Assembly: GCA_036797405.1 (NCBI GenBank)
Contig: DAIRBC010000001.1
Coordinates: forward strand, 1 to 43,521
DNA: 43,521 nucleotides
Direction: 5' to 3'
Source of the DNA: Gemmatimonadaceae bacterium
GTDB lineage: Bacteria; Gemmatimonadota; Gemmatimonadetes; Gemmatimonadales; Gemmatimonadaceae
The notes below the pieces were generated by a model. The model was not told the origin of the DNA and did no database searches. It saw only the letters and a list, made by a program, of their open reading frames with translations. Shown piece by piece: positions 37,687 to 43,521 of this stretch. How positions within the stretch are numbered: position 1 is the stretch's first letter; each line of letters starts with the position of its first letter. The position numbers and the translations under genes are program-made.

Positions 37687-38232
37687 TCAGCGAATGTCCG
37701 CGCGGCCGAGAGCGGCGCGGACCGCCTCACGCATTGCGATCACCGCCTCTTCGCGCGCTGCCGGCGAATCCTCGCGAACGTGCAGCTCTATGCCGTCGGC
37801 GACAGCAAGCCTGTGCCAGCGCAGCGCAATGTCGTCGTCGTGAGCGACGGCTTCATCGGCCCCGGAGCCGAGCGCGGGAGCGAGTGACAGCGCGATCCTT
37901 CGCTCGAGCGCGTCGCCCGTGACATCGCGCATCTCACCGCGAATCGTATCGAGGCTCTGTCCCTCGCGCTGCCGAATTTTGATGGACAGCAACTGAAGGA
38001 GATGCCGATATCCGTAGGTCGCGCCGGTGCCTGTTCCCTCGGGCCGGTCGAGCAGTCCACTGGCCACATAAAATCGAACTGCGCGGGCACTTGGAGCGGC
38101 GCGCGCAGAGGCATTGGTCGGTCTTACGCCGGCCGCGTCTACAAGTGCTGTTGCGTGTGCGGCAAGTCCGCGGGCGTTCCAGGGAGCGTGTTTAGCGTGG
38201 GCGCGGAGGAGAGCGACAGGCGATTCAGCCAT
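37687..38232 (-). CDS. MerR-type HTH protein
   Basis: SARAVRFYVASGLLDRP...ATYGYRHLLQLLSIK..Q.EG.SLDTIR is a MerR HTH and wing; no cysteines. Confidence 0.85.
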   Translation of the reverse strand: MAESPVALLRAHAKHAPWNARGLAAHATALVDAAGVRPTNASARAAPSARAVRFYVASGLLDRPEGTGTGATYGYRHLLQLLSIKIRQREGQSLDTIRGEMRDVTGDALERRIALSLAPALGSGADEAVAHDDDIALRWHRLAVADGIELHVREDSPAAREEAVIAMREAVRAALGRADIR

Positions 38233-39185
38233 GTGGATAGGATAACATTAAAGTCTTCCGCTCGCTCGTCGTGCGGAAGGTCGCCAGCGGGAGAGAGAAC
38301 GGAGATTTCCAAATCGCGTTTCAGCTCGCGGAATCCGCGGAATTCCTCAACTGGCGCGATCGATCCCTGCTCGCCCCACACGAGCAGCGCCGGTTGGCTC
38401 AGACGCCGGAGTGCGTGACGGACATCGATGTTGAGATGCCCGGACAGGAACGCCGCGGGCGCGTGACGCGCACCTCGCTGATGCGAGGCGGCGTAATGGA
38501 TCTGCACCAGCTCGCGAGTCACCAGCGCGTCGTTGGAGTACGCGTTTCTGAGATAGCGGCGGAGGTTCGGGCGCGATACCAGGGCGTTGAACATCGCGGT
38601 GCCCGCAATCGGCGTCTCGACCGCGAAACGGCCCGCTTCACCACCGAGTCCGACGGGCTCGTTCTGGCGAACCAATCCCGATGGTGCTATCAGTGCAACG
38701 GCTGGAAAACGATGCGGATCACGCGCGGCCAGAACAATCGCGTACGCGCCCGAAAGCGACGAAGCCACGAGCACAGTGGGCTCGTCGATCACCCTGCTGA
38801 CAAAATCCGAGATCAGCGAGATGTAGAGGCGCGCGGAATAGCGAATCGCGGGGCGATCCGAACGGCCGAAGCCGAGCAAATCGATGGTGTAAACGGTGTT
38901 GGTGCGGGCCAGAGAGTCGACGTTGTTGCGCCACTCGTACGACCAGCCAGAAGGCTGGATCCCGTGAATGAGGAGGATCGCCGGGCCTTCGCCGTGCCTG
39001 GTGAAGGCGACCCGTCTGTCACGCCATTCGAACCCTCCTTCCTCTCCACCAATGAGGTTGACGAGCTTATCGACGCCTTTTCGCGCAAACGCGTTGTAAG
39101 CCGCGGCTGCGCCAAGGAGGGCTCCGCCGGATAACAGGATCTTTTTCCAGGGTCCTTCAGGTTGTTCGTCGTTCTCCTGCATCAA
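38139..39185 (-). CDS. alpha/beta hydrolase
   Basis: LIHGI, IDLLGFGRSDRP, VASSLSG elbow, VWGEQ, LPHDE; C-terminal tail overlaps the MerR gene. Confidence 0.88.
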   Translation of the reverse strand: MMQENDEQPEGPWKKILLSGGALLGAAAAYNAFARKGVDKLVNLIGGEEGGFEWRDRRVAFTRHGEGPAILLIHGIQPSGWSYEWRNNVDSLARTNTVYTIDLLGFGRSDRPAIRYSARLYISLISDFVSRVIDEPTVLVASSLSGAYAIVLAARDPHRFPAVALIAPSGLVRQNEPVGLGGEAGRFAVETPIAGTAMFNALVSRPNLRRYLRNAYSNDALVTRELVQIHYAASHQRGARHAPAAFLSGHLNIDVRHALRRLSQPALLVWGEQGSIAPVEEFRGFRELKRDLEISVLSPAGDLPHDERAEDFNVILSTWLNRLSLSSAPTLNTLPGTPADLPHTQQHL

Positions 39186-39212
39186 TCCTCACTCGGGTCA
39201 GTCAAGGAATAA

Positions 39213-39288
39213 GCGCGGCCATACCGACAGTCGTACGGGAAAAAGGGCGCGGCCACACCTACAGTAGTACTTAAGAAAAAGCGCGGCT
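39213..39288. repeat. 34-bp-period tandem repeat (two near-complete units plus a partial third)
   Basis: GCGCGGCCAtACCgACAGTcGTAC at 39213, GCGCGGCCAcACCtACAGTaGTAC at 39247, GCGCGGC at 39281. Confidence 0.8.
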
Positions 39289-39306
39289 ACTTGAGAGTAA
39301 CCGCGC
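39272..39306 (-). terminator. Rho-independent terminator of the H1/HMGA-like gene
   Basis: Minus strand GCGCGGTTACT-CTCA-AGTAGCCGCGC-TTTTTCTT. Confidence 0.85.
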
Positions 39307-39336
39307 CTCGGGCACTGCGCACGGGGGAAGGAAAAT

Positions 39337-40194
39337 CTATCTCCGGGAGCGCCTCCTGGAACTGGAGCTCTTTCGGCTTCCGCTACTCCGTCCGCGGGCC
39401 TTAGCCCCGCCTTTGGAGCGGGAACTAGCGCCCCGCCGGGCCGAGCCCTTTTTTGCCCTCCCCCCGCTACTCGACTTCCGGGCGGTCTTTTTGGCGCGGC
39501 TCTTCTTTCCAGCAGCTTTCCGAGTGCCAGAGCGCGATTTGGCTTTGCTCGTGCCGGCTTTCTTTCGCCCCGACTTTCCAGCGCCAGAGGACCTCGAAGG
39601 GCTCTTGGCTGCCTTTTTCGGGCTACCGCCGACGCTCGCGGGCCGGGCGGCCGAGCTTGATCCGCCGGTGCCTGCTCCGATTCCCCCGCCGCTACGAGCG
39701 GCCGATGTCGAGCTTCCAAATGTGCTCCGAGCCGCGCCACCGGCAGCGCTCCCAGCACTCGATCCGCTGGAGGGTGCCCCCGGCAGGACGCTGCCGAAGC
39801 CTCCACTGGTGGTCGACCCGCCTGCTCCGCCGCCGCCCACGCTGCCGAGGCCACCTCCGGTAAGAGGCGACTCCTGCCGTTTTCCTGATCCTTTGGGACG
39901 GCCCCTTCTGCCCCTTGGAGCGCCGCCACCGAACAGATCCTCTTCTTCTTCTTCTTCCTCACCCTCATCGCCTTCGGTCACGACCGTGGCGTCGGAGTCA
40001 ACCTCCTCGTCGTCATCCGCGTCTTCGGCGCTGTCCCACAGACGGTCGCTGTGATCCTCATTGATCGCCCAGCCACCATCTTCGTCTTCGTCATCGTCGT
40101 AGGAACGCTTGCCACGACTGAAGCCACCACCGAGATCGTCCGGGTCGTCGTCGTCCGCAAAACGCAATGGCTCCACTGATTCACCGCTCGGCAT
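39337..40194 (-). CDS. disordered protein, 285 aa: acidic N-terminus, AT-hook, Gly/Ser linker, histone-H1-like basic tail
   Basis: AGGAGG RBS before ATG 40194; own terminator downstream; D/E tracts, RGRRGRPKGS, K/R/S/A-rich C-terminus. Confidence 0.8.
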   Translation of the reverse strand: MPSGESVEPLRFADDDDPDDLGGGFSRGKRSYDDDEDEDGGWAINEDHSDRLWDSAEDADDDEEVDSDATVVTEGDEGEEEEEEEDLFGGGAPRGRRGRPKGSGKRQESPLTGGGLGSVGGGGAGGSTTSGGFGSVLPGAPSSGSSAGSAAGGAARSTFGSSTSAARSGGGIGAGTGGSSSAARPASVGGSPKKAAKSPSRSSGAGKSGRKKAGTSKAKSRSGTRKAAGKKSRAKKTARKSSSGGRAKKGSARRGASSRSKGGAKARGRSSGSRKSSSSRRRSRR

Positions 40195-40259
40195 GGGTCC
40201 TCCTATAGAATGTTCAGCAACGCTACTGAAGTAGCGCGCAATTTTCTGATTTTGCCCGC

Positions 40260-40275
40260 TGCACGTCGCGTGCCT
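40260..40275 (-). promoter_or_regulatory. candidate sigma-54 promoter for the H1/HMGA-like gene
   Basis: Minus strand AGGCACGCGACGTGCA versus TGGCACG-N4-TTGCA. Confidence 0.5.
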
Positions 40276-40361
40276 CGTAACTGCTGCGTCTGACGATGCA
40301 CGCACATACGACTCCGAATACGACTCTCTTGACGCGACGTCAAGGAGCACGCGTCGGGAGG

Positions 40362-41402
40362 CTAGCCTGCCTGCGAGGAACGGGTACCCAATCGCCTGGT
40401 TATGACGCGGAGGAGTGCGTCATAAACACGCGGGTCGAACTGCTTTCCGATGTCGACCTTGAGGTGCTCCAGCGCCGCCATTGGTGTCAAGGGGTCGCGA
40501 TATGCGCGCTTCGAAGTGAGGGCATCAAACGTGTCGGCAGCGCAGAGAATTCTTGCGCCGAGGGGGATGCCTTCGCCGGACAGACCCCGCGGATATCCTG
40601 CTCCGTCCCATCGCTCGTGATGGTGCTCGACGTAGTTCAGCGGCGTCTTGAGGTGAAAGAGCGGCGCAAGGATATCGAGTCCGATCTGGACATGGCGCTT
40701 GACGTGCTCGAATTCCTCGGAAGTGAGCCGGTCGGGCTTGTTCAGGATCGCCTCGCGAATTCCGATCTTGCCGACGTCGTGAAGCCGGCCAGCGACCTTC
40801 AGATCTTCGCACACTCTTTCATCGAGTTCCATCTCCTCGGCAATCTGCCCGGCGAGCTCAGCGACTCGCTGCGAGTGGCCCCGCAGGTACACGTCCTTCG
40901 CCTCCATCGCGTTGATCAGCGTCTCGGCGATGCTCACTGACATGAGGCGCAGGGATTCTTTTTCCTGCTCGAGCTCGGCGGTGCGGAGCGCGACTTCTTC
41001 GCGAATCAGCATGTCGAGGCGACGCATCTCGATGAGCTCGAGTCTCTTCTCGAGAGCGCGATCGACCGCCTGCTGCAGGTCAGCGAGCTCCACGGGCTTC
41101 ATCAGATAGTCGGTCGCGCCGGAAGACAGGACTTCGGTTGCCGTGGCCGCATCGTTTACCGCCGTGAGCATGATGATCGCGAGATCCTGATCTCTTTCCC
41201 GGGCCAGCGGGACGATTTGGACTCCGGTCATCCCGGGCATGCGCACGTCGCAGAGCATGAGCGCGAACGAGTCCTTGTCGAGCAACTGGAGAGCCTGGTC
41301 GCCCGATCCCGCGATCTCGACCTCATAGCCGCGCGAGCGCAGAAATTTGCGAAGCGCGAGGCGGATGGTTTCCTCATCGTCGACAATGAGGATGCGGGTC
41401 AC
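40362..41402 (-). CDS. response regulator with HD-GYP phosphodiesterase domain (RpfG-like)
   Basis: REC domain (IVDDE, CDVRMPGMTG, YLMKP); GHSQRV, LHDVGKIG, HHERWDGAGYP, ADTFDALTSKRAYR. Confidence 0.95.
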   Translation of the reverse strand: MTRILIVDDEETIRLALRKFLRSRGYEVEIAGSGDQALQLLDKDSFALMLCDVRMPGMTGVQIVPLARERDQDLAIIMLTAVNDAATATEVLSSGATDYLMKPVELADLQQAVDRALEKRLELIEMRRLDMLIREEVALRTAELEQEKESLRLMSVSIAETLINAMEAKDVYLRGHSQRVAELAGQIAEEMELDERVCEDLKVAGRLHDVGKIGIREAILNKPDRLTSEEFEHVKRHVQIGLDILAPLFHLKTPLNYVEHHHERWDGAGYPRGLSGEGIPLGARILCAADTFDALTSKRAYRDPLTPMAALEHLKVDIGKQFDPRVYDALLRVITRRLGTRSSQAG

Positions 41403-43492
41403 GTCGCGGCCTCTTTGTAGAGCGGGAGCGATATAGTGAACGTCGTCCCCACTTCGAGAGTGCTCTCCACTGAGATCGTTCCTCCGTGTGCCTGGATGAT
41501 TCCGTAACTGACGCTGAGCCCCAATCCCGTGCCTTCGCCGGGGGGCTTGGTGGTGAAGAATGGCTCGAACACCCGCTGGCTCACGGAAGCCGGCATCCCA
41601 TGCCCGGTATCCGACACGACGATGACGACTGCTTTGTTCTTGCTCCGAGTGGTCACTGAGAGATGCCGGACTTTTGCGTCGCGCAGGGCAGATTCGGCGT
41701 TGACGAGCAGGTTGAGCAGAACCTGCTGGAGCTTTTGTTCGTCGCCGCGAACCTTGGGAGCCGACTGGTCCAGATGCATGTGGACTTCGATGCCGCTCGA
41801 GCGCGATGCGAGTGCGCGAAGGCGCACTGTGTGCTGGACAATCGTGTTGATATCGACCGTGACATCCCGCGCGTCAGTCTTTCGGGCGAACAGAAGAAGA
41901 TCGCGAATCACTCCGATAGCGCGATCCGCCTCGCGCTTTATCAGGCTGACGGATTCGAGCTGCTCTCCTTCCAGCTTGTCCTCGAGCAGCAGCTGCGCAA
42001 ATGTCGAGATTCCGGTGAGCGGATTATTGAGCTCGTGCGCGACACCCGCGACGAGCTCTCCGATGGCGGCGAGCTTCTCGGTGCGGCCAAGGTGGTCAGC
42101 AACCTTACGCTCTTCGGTGAGATTCCGAATGCTGATGACCAGTCCGATGATCTCGTCGCTCCCATCCCGGATGTGGCTCAGGGTGACGGAAGCGGGGAAC
42201 TCAGTCCCATCCTTTCTCCGGTGAGTGTGCTCGCCAGTCCAGAGAGTCTGGTCCTGGGGAATCGCCGGGATGGTTGTGGGGACCTGCGCGGAAGCGACGA
42301 CGAAATCATCGACGGACAGGCCGGCAATCTCTGACGACTCGTATCCATATTCCCGGACCGCGGCGGTGTTCGCGTACTGCACTTTCGCGTCGACGCCGAG
42401 TATAAGCACCGGCTGGTCCATTGTGGCGAGTGCCGCAGCGAGCGTTCGCTCGCGCGCGTGCATGCGCTGCTCATCCTCGCTGAGACGCAAGACGTCCATC
42501 GCGAGGGCAACGGCGGGGCCGAGGCGCAGGAGCGCATCGACGTGTGGTCCCGTCTGCAATTGTGGAGTCTCCGAAGTGACGACGAGAACTCCCATACGCC
42601 GGTCGCTGGCTATCAGCGGGATCGTTATCGCGGGCTCTTCGGGAACACGATCCGGGTTGTGAGCCTTCTCGCGGAGGTTCTCGACGAACGTTGGCTCTTC
42701 CTTTGCCCACGCCATACGGACGGCGCTTCGGGCAACCGGTGCAACTATTCCTTCCATCTGTTCGCACGTGCCGCAGGCAGCGACACAGACGAGGGTTTCC
42801 CCGTCCGGCGAAACGAGGCCGATCGCTTTTCCGCTCGAGGGCACCACGTCGTCGAGGATCTTGAGGATGCTGCGACTCGCTTCAGCTACCGAGACTTTGC
42901 GCAGCGCGAGACGCGCAATGTCCGCCGCCGCCTCGGTTTGCCTCTGCTCGTACCGCTGGGCTGCGAACAGACGGGCATTCGCTATTGCCACAGCCGCCTG
43001 TCGGGCTATGAGCATGATGACCTCGAGATCATGCGCGTCGTAGGCGTTGGTCTTGTACGAGAGGACCTGCATTACTCCGACGGTACGGTCGTGATAAGTG
43101 AGCGGTGCCGTGATCTCGCTCTGCACTTCGCGCCTGGCGGCTACCTGGAAGATCGTTCCCTTCCACCACTGCTCTGGCTTTGACGAGATGAGCGGAACGG
43201 CGGTCTGAAATACTTTGGCGATAGTCTCGGTGCCGTTCGGAAAATCGAGGACGCTCTCACCTTCGCGTTCCTCGGAATCGACTACGATGCAGTGGGCCTC
43301 GAACCGCTCGCATACCGGATCGGCGATCATCAGCGCAAAGCAGGGCGCATCGACGACGGAGGCGACCGCTTTGTAGATCTCGCGATAGGCTTCGTCGAGA
43401 GAGATCGTGGCAGATATGGCCTGCTGAACGGTCGCGACGGCCGCGAAGCGTGCGGCGCGGCGTTGAAGCTCGTCGATCAGCTCAGTCGTCAA
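41399..43492 (-). CDS. GAF-GAF-PAS sensor histidine kinase
   Basis: VAHELNNPL H-box, QVLLNLLVNA, DTGHG, FEPFFTTK, GTGLGLS; PAS/PAC HRRKDGTEFP; TTG start with GGAG RBS; stop overlaps the response-regulator start. Confidence 0.94.
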   Translation of the reverse strand: MTTELIDELQRRAARFAAVATVQQAISATISLDEAYREIYKAVASVVDAPCFALMIADPVCERFEAHCIVVDSEEREGESVLDFPNGTETIAKVFQTAVPLISSKPEQWWKGTIFQVAARREVQSEITAPLTYHDRTVGVMQVLSYKTNAYDAHDLEVIMLIARQAAVAIANARLFAAQRYEQRQTEAAADIARLALRKVSVAEASRSILKILDDVVPSSGKAIGLVSPDGETLVCVAACGTCEQMEGIVAPVARSAVRMAWAKEEPTFVENLREKAHNPDRVPEEPAITIPLIASDRRMGVLVVTSETPQLQTGPHVDALLRLGPAVALAMDVLRLSEDEQRMHARERTLAAALATMDQPVLILGVDAKVQYANTAAVREYGYESSEIAGLSVDDFVVASAQVPTTIPAIPQDQTLWTGEHTHRRKDGTEFPASVTLSHIRDGSDEIIGLVISIRNLTEERKVADHLGRTEKLAAIGELVAGVAHELNNPLTGISTFAQLLLEDKLEGEQLESVSLIKREADRAIGVIRDLLLFARKTDARDVTVDINTIVQHTVRLRALASRSSGIEVHMHLDQSAPKVRGDEQKLQQVLLNLLVNAESALRDAKVRHLSVTTRSKNKAVVIVVSDTGHGMPASVSQRVFEPFFTTKPPGEGTGLGLSVSYGIIQAHGGTISVESTLEVGTTFTISLPLYKEAAT

Positions 43493-43521
43493 CGAACTCC
43501 ACCGTCACCGGTCGCGTAATC
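43489..43521 (-). CDS. probable 3' end of an upstream gene entering from the right edge
   Basis: DYATGDGGVR* ends in a TGA overlapping the kinase TTG start, typical of coupling; only 33 nt visible. Confidence 0.35.
   Translation of the reverse strand, partial: DYATGDGGVR

Noticed and set aside
39213..39288. 34-bp repeat as a mini-CRISPR
   Set aside because: Only about 10-nt spacers, two imperfect units and no cas genes.

Overview
GC-rich bacterial chromosomal segment. It is probably Gemmatimonadota-like, an inference from the gene and protein style rather than a marker gene. I see no rRNA, tRNA, CRISPR array, transposase or prophage. Recognisable content: a 3'-truncated ispG; two cold-shock genes; a divergent arginine cluster (argR-argG-argH / argC-argB-argD) with two tandem ARG-box operators; exported hydrolases (alkaline phosphatase, M28, M1 and S41 peptidases, GH3); desA and yggX; Crp/Fnr, NrtR and MerR-type regulators; a ku-ligD NHEJ operon; a cardiolipin synthase-like PLD; a full-length Lhr helicase; and a GAF/PAS histidine kinase paired with an HD-GYP response regulator. 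The unexplained part is a set of DNA/nucleoid-related oddities: an acidic + AT-hook + histone-H1-like disordered protein, a protamine-like protein, a MerR-like/AT-hook protein, an orphan plasmid-type RepA in a housekeeping context, a small protein with a clamp-binding-like motif beside ligD, and a Zn-ribbon microprotein with a structured leader. Two recurrent promoter motifs link several of these. Sigma-54-type -24/-12 boxes precede ku, the H1-like gene and the Crp regulator. An ECF-type GGAAC-N16/17-GTAT motif precedes three genes. Together they suggest a possible stress/dormancy chromosome-protection programme (hypothesis only).
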